A stretch of 34,565 nt of DNA from Dehalococcoidia bacterium (GTDB lineage Bacteria > Chloroflexota > Dehalococcoidia > Dehalococcoidales > BS750m-G39), in contig JAUWXS010000001.1 in the NCBI GenBank assembly GCA_030616265.1, positions 1 to 34,565 of the forward strand, given 5' to 3'. A model generated the notes under the pieces. The model saw only the letters and a program-made list of their open reading frames with translations. It was not told the DNA's origin and did no database searches. Positions 1-8,818 of this stretch are shown here, piece by piece (position 1 is the first letter of the stretch; each line of letters starts with the position of its first letter). The translations under genes were made by a program, and so were the position numbers.

Positions 1-1
1 A

Positions 2-487
2 CCGATTATCCTGCTCTCCCCGCAGGGCCGGCTCTTCTCACAGCAGGTCGCCCAGGAGCTATCCCAGCACAGCCACCTGATTCTTATCTGCGGCCACTAT
101 GAGGGGGTTGACGAACGGGTAAGTGAGCACCTGGCTACCGATGAGATCAGCATCGGCGATTATGTGCTCAGCGGCGGCGAGCTGGCGGCGATGGTGGTCA
201 TCGACAGCATATTTCGTTTGGTGCCCGGTGTTTTAGGCTCCGAGGCTTCGCCGCGGGACGATTCCCATGTCGGCGGGCTGCTGGAGTATCCCCAGTATAC
301 CCGCCCGCCCGAATACCGGGGGTGGCCCGTGCCCGGGGTCCTGCTGTCGGGGAACCATGCCCAGATCGATAGCTGGCGCCGCGAGCAGGCTATCCGGCGC
401 ACATTGGAGCAGCGCCCCGAACTTTTAGCCAGAGCCGAGTTAAGCTCTGAGGAAGAGCGTCTAGTAGAAAGATTGAGGCAAACTTAA
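2..487 (+). CDS. trmD: tRNA (guanine37-N1)-methyltransferase TrmD, C-terminal part (5' end outside the window)
   Basis: The frame is open from base 2. The translation [14 protein letters not shown]...[15 protein letters not shown]...[31 protein letters not shown]...PQYTRP is typical of the TrmD/SPOUT AdoMet-binding region. rplS follows 1 nt later, the canonical trmD-rplS order. Confidence 0.9.
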   Translation, partial: PIILLSPQGRLFSQQVAQELSQHSHLILICGHYEGVDERVSEHLATDEISIGDYVLSGGELAAMVVIDSIFRLVPGVLGSEASPRDDSHVGGLLEYPQYTRPPEYRGWPVPGVLLSGNHAQIDSWRREQAIRRTLEQRPELLARAELSSEEERLVERLRQT

Positions 488-488
488 C

Positions 489-836
489 ATGGATATGATT
501 TCATTACTCAAGAAGGAACCTAATCCCAATATTCCCGCCCTTGCCCCCGGCGACTCAGTAAAGGTGAGTGCCAAGATTGTGGAAAAGGGACGGGAACGCA
601 CTCAGGTATTTAACGGGGTAGTCATTAAGGTCCGCCGCGGCGCCGATGGCGGCAACTTCACCATCAGACGTGTTGCCCGCGGTGTGGGCGTGGAGCATAC
701 CTTTCCCTTTGCCTCGCCACTAGTGGAAAAGGTGGAGGTGGTGCGGCATGGAAAGGTGCGCCGGGCCCGGCTTTATTACCTGCGTGGACTCAGTAGTAAG
801 GCGTCACGGACCAAGGAAAAGCGGGAAAAGGAATAG
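489..836 (+). CDS. rplS: 50S ribosomal protein L19
   Basis: 115 aa. The L19-typical stretch is [80 protein letters not shown]. It lies directly after trmD. Confidence 0.95.
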   Translation: MDMISLLKKEPNPNIPALAPGDSVKVSAKIVEKGRERTQVFNGVVIKVRRGADGGNFTIRRVARGVGVEHTFPFASPLVEKVEVVRHGKVRRARLYYLRGLSSKASRTKEKREKE

Positions 837-863
837 GGTAAGGCTACCTCGCTGGAGTGCGGG

Positions 864-3296
864 ATGAGCTATGCTGAGGTTAGCGTTAACTCGCCGATAG
901 CCCAGCGCCGGACATTTAGCTATGCTATACCATCCCACCTGGATATTGATGTCGGGCAGGCGGTATGGGTTCCCTTCGGCGATAAGCTTCTCCAGGGCAT
1001 CGTCCTGGAGCTAAGCCCCCACCCTGAGGTGGAGGAGACCCGGGAGTTATCCGGGGTTATCGAGCCCCGCCCCCTGTTATCCCCCCAGCAGGTTTCGCTG
1101 GCGCGCTGGATAAGCGAATATTATCTATCGCCCCTTTTTGATGCCGTGGCGCTAATGCTGCCGCCGGGCTTCGAGCGCCGGACGCTTACTTTTATCAGCC
1201 CCACCCCACCCCCCGATGATTTTGATTTATCGGCGCTTAACGCCGAACAGAGACAAGCCCTGGAACTAATCCCGGAACGGGGCAGAGCAAGCCTGGGGCA
1301 GATTGAAAAAACTCTGGGCAGGAAAAAGGCTCAAAGCATCGTTTCCCAGCTGGTAAACAAAGGTCTGGCGGTTAAGAGCTACGAGCTGGAGAAAATCAGG
1401 GTAAAGCCCAAGATGGTGCCCTACCTGAGCCTGGCGGTAACCCGACCTGAAGCCGAAAAGGAAGCCGCCAGCCTGCGCCGTCAGGGCAAAGCCCCAAAGC
1501 AAGCCGCCTTATTAGAATACCTTTCGCGGCAAAGCGAGCCGGTGGCATGGGCGGAGGCCAGACAGAATGCCAACTGCACTAAGGCGGTAGCCGACGCCCT
1601 GGTCAAAAAAGGGCTGGCCAAGTTTCGGGAGGTGGAGGTAAGGCGGGAACCGATTTCCTATAAGAATATTGTCCCCTCCCAGCCCCTCACCCTGACGCTG
1701 GCACAGAAAACCGCCTTTGAGGCTATTAAGTCCAGCCTAGCCGAGGACAAAACCAAGGTCTTTCTCCTGCACGGGGTCACCGGCAGCGGCAAGACCGAGG
1801 TCTACCTCCAAGCCCTGGCTGAAACAGTAAAACTGGGCAAGAAAGGCATTGTTTTAGTCCCCGAGATTGCCCTCACCCCCCAGACCATAGAGCACTTTGC
1901 CGCCCGCTTCCCCCACCGGGTGGCGGTGCTCCACTCCAAGCTTTCGCTGGGCGAGCAGTTCGACGAGTGGCAGCGAATAAGAAACGGCGATTTCGACGTG
2001 GTCATCGGCTCGCGCAGCGCTATTTTCGCCCCCCAGCCCGAGCTCGGATTAATCGTTATCGACGAAGAGCAGGAATGGACCTACAAGCAGCACGACAAAG
2101 CGCCCCGCTACCACGCCCGCGACGCCGCCCTGAAACTGGCCGAATTAAGCGGAACCACAGTCGTTCTGGGCAGCGCCACCCCCGACGTCGAGAGCTTTTA
2201 CCACGCCCAAAGAGGAGACTACCGTTTGCTTCAGCTCCCGGAGAGGGTTACCCCCTATGACGGCTCGGCGCTGCCCCAGGTTGAGATAGTGGACCTGAGG
2301 GAAGAGCTCAAGGCGGGCAACCAGAGCCTCTTCAGCCGTTCTTTGTTCCAGGCGATAGGCCAGGCGGTGGCTAACCGGGAGCAGGTTATTCTCTTTCTCA
2401 ACCGGCGGGGAGCCGCCAGCTTTATCCAGTGCCGCAGCTGTGGCTTCGTCCTCCGCTGCAAGCGCTGCGATGTCCCCCTCACCTATCACCTGACCGAGGA
2501 TAAGCTGGTCTGCCACCAGTGCAACTACCAGATAAAAGTCCCCGAAAGCTGCCCCCGCTGCGGCCGGCGGCGCATAAAGTTCCTAGGTATCGGCACACAG
2601 CGGCTGGAGCAGGAGGTGGGCTACACCTTTCCCCAGGCCAGGCTGTTGCGCTGGGACAGCGATGTCACCAAAGGCAGATATTCCCACGACCAAATCTTAA
2701 GCAAGTTCCGCACCCACCAGGCCGATATCCTCATCGGTACCCAGATGGTGGCTAAGGGGCTGGACCTGCCCCTGGTTACCCTGGTGGGGGTGGTTAGCGC
2801 CGATATCGCCCTTAACCTGCCCGACTTCCGGGGTGGAGAGAGGACCTTTCAGCTGCTCTCCCAGGTGGCGGGGAGAGCGGGGCGGGGGGCGCGGGGGGGA
2901 AGGGTTATCATCCAGACCTATGCCCCCGAGCACTACGCCATTCAAGCCGCCGCCAGACACGATTACGCCTCATTCTACGAGCAGGAGATTGACTACCGGC
3001 GCCAGCTTCACAACCCGCCCTTCACCCAGCTGGCCTGCCTCACCTATAGCCATACCAACGACGCCCTCTGCCAGCGGGAGGCGGAAAGAATGAAGCGCTT
3101 TCTCAACCAAGAAATAGAAGCCCGGGGGATAGCCGACATCGAGCTTATCGGGCCCGCTCCTGCCTTTATTCACCGATTAAGGGGCCGCTTCCGCTGGCAG
3201 CTTATACTCCGCGGCTCAGAAGTTACGGCTTTTCTCTCCCCCCTACCCCTCCCCCAGGGCTGGACGGTGGACATTGACCCGGTAGGGCTGGTTTAG
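864..3296 (+). CDS. priA: primosomal protein N' (replication restart helicase PriA)
   Basis: 810 aa. Walker A is GVTGSGKTEVY and the DEAD-like box is VIDEEQEW. The PriA-specific Cys-rich zinc insert is CRSCGFVLRCKRCDVPLTYH...CHQCNY...CPRCG. The C-terminal motif is GRAGRG. Confidence 0.92.
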   Translation: MSYAEVSVNSPIAQRRTFSYAIPSHLDIDVGQAVWVPFGDKLLQGIVLELSPHPEVEETRELSGVIEPRPLLSPQQVSLARWISEYYLSPLFDAVALMLPPGFERRTLTFISPTPPPDDFDLSALNAEQRQALELIPERGRASLGQIEKTLGRKKAQSIVSQLVNKGLAVKSYELEKIRVKPKMVPYLSLAVTRPEAEKEAASLRRQGKAPKQAALLEYLSRQSEPVAWAEARQNANCTKAVADALVKKGLAKFREVEVRREPISYKNIVPSQPLTLTLAQKTAFEAIKSSLAEDKTKVFLLHGVTGSGKTEVYLQALAETVKLGKKGIVLVPEIALTPQTIEHFAARFPHRVAVLHSKLSLGEQFDEWQRIRNGDFDVVIGSRSAIFAPQPELGLIVIDEEQEWTYKQHDKAPRYHARDAALKLAELSGTTVVLGSATPDVESFYHAQRGDYRLLQLPERVTPYDGSALPQVEIVDLREELKAGNQSLFSRSLFQAIGQAVANREQVILFLNRRGAASFIQCRSCGFVLRCKRCDVPLTYHLTEDKLVCHQCNYQIKVPESCPRCGRRRIKFLGIGTQRLEQEVGYTFPQARLLRWDSDVTKGRYSHDQILSKFRTHQADILIGTQMVAKGLDLPLVTLVGVVSADIALNLPDFRGGERTFQLLSQVAGRAGRGARGGRVIIQTYAPEHYAIQAAARHDYASFYEQEIDYRRQLHNPPFTQLACLTYSHTNDALCQREAERMKRFLNQEIEARGIADIELIGPAPAFIHRLRGRFRWQLILRGSEVTAFLSPLPLPQGWTVDIDPVGLV

Positions 3297-3330
3297 GTAA
3301 ACTGTAATCAGCTAAAGCTGCGAGGACAAG

Positions 3331-3819
3331 ATGGCAATTTTACCCATTCGTACCGTTCCCGACCCGGTATTGAGGCAGAAAGCAAAGCGGGTCAAAACTA
3401 TTGACGGCTCCATCCAGAAGCTGATAGAAAATATGCTGGAGACGCTGCACGCGGCTCCGTGGCGAGCCGGACTAGCCGCCCCGCAGGTGGGCACCTCGCT
3501 GCGGGTGATTGTCATCGACATCCCCGAGGCCAAAGACATCGTCCTGATTAACCCCGAGATAGTGAAGCGCAGCGGCGAGCGCTCGTTAACCGAGGGCTGC
3601 CTGAGCGTCCCCGGCTACTATGGGGAGATTAAGCGCGCCGAACAGGTTACCGTCAAGGGGCGAGACGTCAGGGGCAAGGAGATACGAATTAAGGGCGATG
3701 AACTGCTGGCTCAAGCGCTGGAGCACGAGATAGACCACCTAAACGGGGTGCTCTATATAGACCACCTGGAAAGCCAGGACAAGCTTTATAAGACTGAGGA
3801 TGAGACCACTCAACCCTAA
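3331..3819 (+). CDS. def: peptide deformylase
   Basis: 162 aa with the three deformylase motifs: [16 protein letters not shown] and HEIDHLNG. Confidence 0.95.
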   Translation: MAILPIRTVPDPVLRQKAKRVKTIDGSIQKLIENMLETLHAAPWRAGLAAPQVGTSLRVIVIDIPEAKDIVLINPEIVKRSGERSLTEGCLSVPGYYGEIKRAEQVTVKGRDVRGKEIRIKGDELLAQALEHEIDHLNGVLYIDHLESQDKLYKTEDETTQP

Positions 3820-3859
3820 GCGAGGTCTTTTGCCAGCTTCCCCACCCCCCTGACCGGCC

Positions 3860-4117
3860 CTAAAAACGATGGCTCCAGACAAAGGCAGGACGGGACTCTT
3901 TGCCAGCTGGCACCTCGGGGATAAAATAGAAAAGGTCGTCAAATGTGTAGCCGGGAAAGGCTTTGATGGCACCGATAATGAACTTGCAATTGATGTTCCG
4001 CTTCCCTTCCTGCACGCGGTAAACCTGGCTTACCGATATTTCCATAGCCTTAGCCAGCTCGGATAAATTCTTATATCTTCCGGGGCATAGGTCAAAAACC
4101 CTTGTCCCCAACAGCAT
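3860..4117 (-). CDS. small XRE/Cro-CI family helix-turn-helix protein (85 aa)
   Basis: The HTH-like segment is NLSELAKAMEISVSQVYRVQEGKRNIN. GGAGG (reverse complement of 4125-4129) lies 7 nt upstream of the ATG. A near-consensus promoter lies upstream on the minus strand. Confidence 0.7.
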   Translation of the reverse strand: MLLGTRVFDLCPGRYKNLSELAKAMEISVSQVYRVQEGKRNINCKFIIGAIKAFPGYTFDDLFYFIPEVPAGKESRPAFVWSHRF

Positions 4118-4131
4118 GGTTTAGCCTCCTA

Positions 4132-4144
4132 TGCCAATCGGCGA
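4132..4144. promoter_or_regulatory. candidate operator box TGCCA-N3-GGCGA, copy 1 (TGCCAATCGGCGA)
   Basis: It is immediately followed by ATTATA and overlaps the -10/+1 region of the minus-strand promoter. A second copy lies 95 nt away in the same orientation. Confidence 0.35.
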
Positions 4145-4145
4145 T

Positions 4146-4174
4146 ATTATAGCCCTAAGATTGTCTACTGTCGA
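4146..4174 (-). promoter_or_regulatory. sigma70-like promoter for the 85-aa XRE gene
   Basis: Read on the minus strand: TCGACA (4174-4169), 17-nt spacer, TATAAT (4151-4146). Confidence 0.5.
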
Positions 4175-4218
4175 GGGGGTATTTATTTAAATGGCAGATT
4201 TTGTCCCGTTTACAAAAG

Positions 4219-4247
4219 TTGACATTTGCCATTTGGCGAATTATAAT
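4219..4247 (+). promoter_or_regulatory. perfect-consensus sigma70-like promoter for the plus-strand XRE gene
   Basis: TTGACA (4219-4224), exactly 17 nt, TATAAT (4242-4247). The ATG at 4257 begins 9 nt after the -10 hexamer. Confidence 0.65.
4227..4239. promoter_or_regulatory. candidate operator box TGCCA-N3-GGCGA, copy 2 (TGCCATTTGGCGA)
   Basis: It lies within the 17-nt spacer of the plus-strand promoter and is followed by ATTATAAT. It contains the small inverted repeat GCCA-TT-TGGC. Confidence 0.35.
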
Positions 4248-4256
4248 TCTCCTGTT

Positions 4257-4664
4257 ATGGACCAGAATAGAAGCACCGACTTGGGCGAAATAATCAGGCA
4301 GGGAAGAGTCACCCAGCGGCTAACACTGAGCCAGCTTAGCGCCATGTCAGGCGTATCCTCATCACACCTGGGCCGCATCGAGAGAGGCGAGCGTTACCCT
4401 TCAGGTTCAATACTGCGAAAAATCGCCGAACCTCTAGGTTTTGAGGAGAACGAGCTATTTACTCTGGCCGGCTACCTGACTCCCACCTCCTCGGGTGTAG
4501 CTGAGAGCCACACCCGCTACGGCGGTGGCGAGCTGGACCCCTATGTAGCCCGTATATTAGCCCAGGAGCCGATTGACGTGCAGCGCGCCGTTATCGGTGT
4601 CCTCACTATCTTAAAAAGTCTTGCCCTGAGCACGGCTAAAGAAAGCACTCAAGCCGCACCGTAG
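4257..4664 (+). CDS. XRE-family helix-turn-helix transcriptional regulator (135 aa from ATG 4257; the longest ORF starts at 4191)
   Basis: The HTH_3-type segment is LGEIIRQGRVTQRLTLSQLSAMSGVSSSHLGRIERGERYPSGSILRKIAEPLG. The start is moved to 4257 because the consensus promoter lies inside the 4191-4256 extension. Confidence 0.75.
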   Translation: MDQNRSTDLGEIIRQGRVTQRLTLSQLSAMSGVSSSHLGRIERGERYPSGSILRKIAEPLGFEENELFTLAGYLTPTSSGVAESHTRYGGGELDPYVARILAQEPIDVQRAVIGVLTILKSLALSTAKESTQAAP

Positions 4665-4752
4665 GGCAATATTCACCGCTAACCAAGGCAATCAGCCAAC
4701 GCTGATATCTGCCTAGAAATAGCGGCGGTGAGCCTTTTGCTTTATTTCCCCC

Positions 4753-4781
4753 TTGATAACTAAGCCAACTGGTAGTATAGT
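4753..4781 (+). promoter_or_regulatory. candidate promoter upstream of the CCA-adding enzyme gene
   Basis: TTGATA (4753-4758), 17 nt, TATAGT (4776-4781), about 34 nt upstream of the GTG start at 4815. Confidence 0.35.
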
Positions 4782-4814
4782 TTAGCCTTAGAGTATTTAT
4801 GGGATAGAGAAGGC

Positions 4815-6308
4815 GTGAAGATATCTATTGAGCCTGGGGCTTTATCAATACTGACGGCGGTAAGCGATTTTCTCGCCGGGCAGAAGTTAAAATCATACCT
4901 GGTCGGCGGTTTTATCCGCGACTCCCTGCTGGGGAGAGATACGGCCGACATTGATATCGCCCTTGCCGCCGATACCCTAGAGGTAGCCCCCAAGATAGCC
5001 AATGCCCTGAGGGGAAAATTCGTCCTGCTGGATAAGGAAAACCGCGTCTGCCGGGTGGTGGTGGCCGACAGGAAAGCGCCATCGGGGGGGCGGTGGCAGC
5101 TCGATTTCACCAGCTTCGAGGGCAGTATTGAACAGGACTTGAGCCGACGCGACTTCACCATAGACTCCATCGCCATTGACCTTGAAGAAGTGACCAAAGA
5201 CGATGTCGCCCTGATAGACCCTTTTGGCGGGCGGGCCGACCTAAAGAACGGGGTAATTCGGGTGGTCGCCGAGACCGCTTTTGAGGCAGATGCCGCCCGC
5301 CTGCTGCGGGCGGTGCGCCTGTCGGCGGAGCTTGGTTTTATCCTTGATAAGCAGACCGAGGCCTTAGTCAAAAGCCAGTGTCATCTTATCGCCGATGTCG
5401 CTGGAGAAAGATTGAGGGAGGAGTTACTGCGGCTGCTGGCTGTCCCCCACCCCGAGCGATTTCTGCCCTACCTCGACGAGCTGGGGCTAATCACGGCCCT
5501 CTTCCCCGAGCTGGCGGGGGCCAAGGGGGTTGAGCAGCCCAAAGAACATTCCTGGAATGTCTTCGACCATTCCCTACAGACGGTGATTGCCGTTGACTTT
5601 CTCCTCCACCAGGGAAGCTGGGAATACGGCGGCGACAAGGTGCTGGCTGTTGCCCCCTGGTCGGAGGCGCTGGCCGAGCACTTTACCCAGGAGGTCGGCA
5701 GCGGCAGCAGCCAAAGAGCGCTGCTCAAATTAGCCGCCCTGCTTCATGATGTCTCCAAGCCCGAGACCAAAGCTGTTGGTGAAGACGGCCGGACGCACTT
5801 TCTGGGACATGACAAGCTGGGGGCGGCGGCGGCGGCCAATATCCTGGAAAGGTTGCGCTTCAGCGGCAAAGAGGTAAAATTGGTCGAGGTTATGATAAAG
5901 TATCACATGAGACCGGGGCAGATGAGCCAGGAAGGACTCCCCACCCAGCGGGCTATCTACCGCTACTTTCGTGACTGCGGAGAGGCGGGCATTGACATAC
6001 TATTCTTGAGCCTGGCTGACCACCTAGCCACCCGGGGGCCTAACCTGAATATGGCGGGCTGGCGGGAGCACGCCCGGATGGTAGAATACGTGTTAGAAAA
6101 GCATTTCGAACAGCAGAGGCTGGTGGTCCCCGCCAAGCTGGTTGACGGGCACGACCTGATAAATATCTTCGGCCTAAAGCCCGGGCCCGGAATGGGGGAG
6201 ATTTTAGAGGCGGTGCGCGAGGCGCAGGCCTCGGGCGAATTGGCTACCCGGGAAGAGGCTCTGGACTATATCCGCGAGAGACTGGCAACGGAGAAGAGTC
6301 TCTGTTAA
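4815..6308 (+). CDS. cca: CCA-adding tRNA nucleotidyltransferase / poly(A) polymerase family protein with a C-terminal HD domain
   Basis: 497 aa with a GTG start. The class II nucleotidyltransferase head is GGFIRDSLLGRDTADIDIA and the RRDFTIDS motif is present. The HD-domain region is LLHDVSKP...HFLGHDKLG. Confidence 0.8.
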   Translation: MKISIEPGALSILTAVSDFLAGQKLKSYLVGGFIRDSLLGRDTADIDIALAADTLEVAPKIANALRGKFVLLDKENRVCRVVVADRKAPSGGRWQLDFTSFEGSIEQDLSRRDFTIDSIAIDLEEVTKDDVALIDPFGGRADLKNGVIRVVAETAFEADAARLLRAVRLSAELGFILDKQTEALVKSQCHLIADVAGERLREELLRLLAVPHPERFLPYLDELGLITALFPELAGAKGVEQPKEHSWNVFDHSLQTVIAVDFLLHQGSWEYGGDKVLAVAPWSEALAEHFTQEVGSGSSQRALLKLAALLHDVSKPETKAVGEDGRTHFLGHDKLGAAAAANILERLRFSGKEVKLVEVMIKYHMRPGQMSQEGLPTQRAIYRYFRDCGEAGIDILFLSLADHLATRGPNLNMAGWREHARMVEYVLEKHFEQQRLVVPAKLVDGHDLINIFGLKPGPGMGEILEAVREAQASGELATREEALDYIRERLATEKSLC

Positions 6309-6350
6309 TATATATGGCTAAACAAGCTTAACGAGGTAGTGTGAAAGGGT

Positions 6351-7901
6351 ATGACTAGAAGAAACGTCATAGTTTTTGTGATTCTGCTGGCCCTTTTTGC
6401 CTTTGCCGTTTGCGCCCTGGTCTATCCCCTATTCGACAGAGAGGGAATGCGGCTGGGGCTGGACCTCGTTGGTGGCGTACATCTCGTCTATCAGGCCGAT
6501 TTTCCTGATGACTCTTCTGCAGACGAACAGGCAGCGGCTATGGCAAGAGCGCTTACTACTATTGAAAAACGTATCGACAAATACGGTGTCGCTGAACCGA
6601 TAATCCAGCAACTGGGAGACGACCGCATACTGGTACAGCTGCCGGGATTTACCGATATCGACGCCGCCAAGAGTCTGGTTGAGCAAACCGGCTTCCTTGA
6701 GTTCAGAGAAGTTGAGCTGAACAATTCGGGGCAACCGGTTTACCTCCGTGACTATTTCCAGCAGGATGAATTGCAGTTTATCGACGAACAGGAAAGCGGC
6801 GACCGTGTGTTTGTTACAGATGTTTTGAGCATAGAAGGAGAAACAGAACTCAAAACTGTTGCCTTTTTGGTAGAGGATAATGGCGAAGTCAGGTTGACGG
6901 ATGCATCCGGGGAGCCGGCGGACAATACGACATTACAGCAGTACGCCGACGCCCTCTCCTGGATTCCGGCCAGGGGTGATGATGGCACTCAAATCACCGG
7001 CGACTTATTAGCTGACGCTTTCCCGTCTCTCGACCAAAGCGGAGTTGCCCCCGAACCCCAGGTTAGCATTGAATGGAACGAAGAGGGGGGAATACTCTTC
7101 GACGAGATTGCCGAGCGCCTGTATAATTCAGGAGAATACGGCTCCCCACAGCGGGCTCTAGGCATTTTTCTGGATAATACACTCCTTTCGGCTCCCCAGA
7201 TTCTGCAGCCAGAATATGGGGGCAGCGGCGTTATTACCGGTAATTTCACCAGAGACGAAGCTGCGGAACTGGCTAACCTGCTGAAATCGGGTGCGCTGCC
7301 CATGCCGTTGCAGAAACCGCCGCTCTACCAGGAGAAGGTCTCCGCTACACTGGGCGCCGATTTCATCGATATGAGCCTCAAGGCAGGGCTAATCGGCATA
7401 ATACTGGTCATGCTGTTTATGATTGTCTACTACCGCCTGCCCGGGGTTTTAGCCAGCCTGGCTCTGATTTTCTACGGGGCGGTGGTCTTGGCGATATTTA
7501 AGCTGATTCCAGTCACTCTGACCCTGGCTGGTATCGGCGGTTTCGTCCTGTCTATCGGTATGGCGGTGGATGCCAATGTGCTTATCTTCGAGCGGATGAA
7601 GGAGGAATTCAGGACAGGACGAACCCTGGGGGCGGCTATCGAGGCGGGTTTCAGCCGCGCCTGGACAGCCATCAGGGACAGCAACGTGACCACCTTTATT
7701 GTCTGCGCTATTCTTTACTGGCTGGGCAGCAGCATTATCGCCAGCGCCCCGGTGATGGGCTTCGCCCTGACCCTGTTTATCGGCGTGGCGGTGAGCATGT
7801 TTACCGCTATTATCGTCACCCGCACCCTGCTGCGCCTGTTCGTGGGAACGCCCCTGGCCAAGAAGACGGCACTGTTTAGCGCTCACTGGGAGAAAAAATA
7901 A
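6351..7901 (+). CDS. secD: protein translocase subunit SecD
   Basis: 516 aa with an N-terminal TM helix, a large periplasmic domain (LGLDLVGGVHLVYQ) and a C-terminal 6-TM block (GIGGFVLSIGMAVDANVLIFERMKEE). It is followed by secF with a 1-nt overlap. Confidence 0.92.
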   Translation: MTRRNVIVFVILLALFAFAVCALVYPLFDREGMRLGLDLVGGVHLVYQADFPDDSSADEQAAAMARALTTIEKRIDKYGVAEPIIQQLGDDRILVQLPGFTDIDAAKSLVEQTGFLEFREVELNNSGQPVYLRDYFQQDELQFIDEQESGDRVFVTDVLSIEGETELKTVAFLVEDNGEVRLTDASGEPADNTTLQQYADALSWIPARGDDGTQITGDLLADAFPSLDQSGVAPEPQVSIEWNEEGGILFDEIAERLYNSGEYGSPQRALGIFLDNTLLSAPQILQPEYGGSGVITGNFTRDEAAELANLLKSGALPMPLQKPPLYQEKVSATLGADFIDMSLKAGLIGIILVMLFMIVYYRLPGVLASLALIFYGAVVLAIFKLIPVTLTLAGIGGFVLSIGMAVDANVLIFERMKEEFRTGRTLGAAIEAGFSRAWTAIRDSNVTTFIVCAILYWLGSSIIASAPVMGFALTLFIGVAVSMFTAIIVTRTLLRLFVGTPLAKKTALFSAHWEKK

Positions 7902-8815
7902 TGTATATTACCGGCAAAAGGTCTTTGTTCCTGATTATCTCAGAAGTGCTCATCCTGATTGGCATTATCGCTCTGCTGGTCTTCGGGCTTAAACCGGGCG
8001 TCGAATTCAGCAGCGGCTCCATCCTCACCGTAAGCTTTGAGGAGGAGGTAGAGCAACAGGAGCTGGAGACGGCCATGACCGAGCTGGGCTACGCTAACGC
8101 CATTACCCAGCGTACCGGCGAGGGCGATTTCATTATCCGCACCCAGGAACTGAGCGGGGAGGAAAAGACAGCCCTGGAGAGCGCTCTAAGCTACCGGTTC
8201 GGCACTACTACCGAGCGGGGGTTCTACTCGGTATCGCCCATGGTGGCTGAAGAGACCGCCCGTAATGCCATTATTGCCGTAGCCATAGCCGCCGTGGGCA
8301 TATTGCTCTATATCACCTGGGCCTTTCGCCGCATGCCCCGCCCCTTCCATTACGGCATCTGTGCCGTAATCGCCCTGGTGCATGATGTAGTGGTGGTGCT
8401 GGGGGTCTTCTCTATCCTCGGCGCCATACTGGGCTGGGAAATAAACCTGATGTTTATCACCGGCGTCTTAGCCGTCATCGGCTACAGCATCAATAACACG
8501 GTGGTCGTCTTCGACCGGATACGAGAGAACCTGAAGAGGGGCATAAGCGCTAACTTTGAGGTGGTGGTCAATAACAGCCTGGTGGAAACCCTGAGCCGCT
8601 CCATGAATACCGGCCTGACCACCATGATCGTGGTCTTAGCCCTGCTGCTCTTTGTCGGAGCCACCATTCTGAACTTCGCCATAGTCCTGCTTATCGGCAT
8701 CATCGCCGGCACCTACAGCTCACTCTTTATTGCCCCCAACCTGCTGATTGTCTGGGAGAGGGGGGAGTGGGGCAGGCTGATCCTGCTACCCCAAGCCAAA
8801 GCCAAAGAGGCATAA
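7901..8815 (+). CDS. secF: protein translocase subunit SecF
   Basis: 304 aa. The SecF pattern is GVEFSSGS...HDVVVVLGVFSILG...AVIGYSINNTVVVFDRIRENL. The start codon overlaps the secD stop (TAATG). Confidence 0.92.
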   Translation: MYITGKRSLFLIISEVLILIGIIALLVFGLKPGVEFSSGSILTVSFEEEVEQQELETAMTELGYANAITQRTGEGDFIIRTQELSGEEKTALESALSYRFGTTTERGFYSVSPMVAEETARNAIIAVAIAAVGILLYITWAFRRMPRPFHYGICAVIALVHDVVVVLGVFSILGAILGWEINLMFITGVLAVIGYSINNTVVVFDRIRENLKRGISANFEVVVNNSLVETLSRSMNTGLTTMIVVLALLLFVGATILNFAIVLLIGIIAGTYSSLFIAPNLLIVWERGEWGRLILLPQAKAKEA

Positions 8816-8818
8816 GTT

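Noticed and set aside
4191-4256. An N-terminal extension of the XRE regulator (MADFVPFTKVDICHLANYNSPV) from the longest-ORF start.
   Set aside because: A perfect TTGACA-17-TATAAT promoter lies inside this segment. No RBS precedes 4191. The HTH domain begins only after the ATG at 4257.
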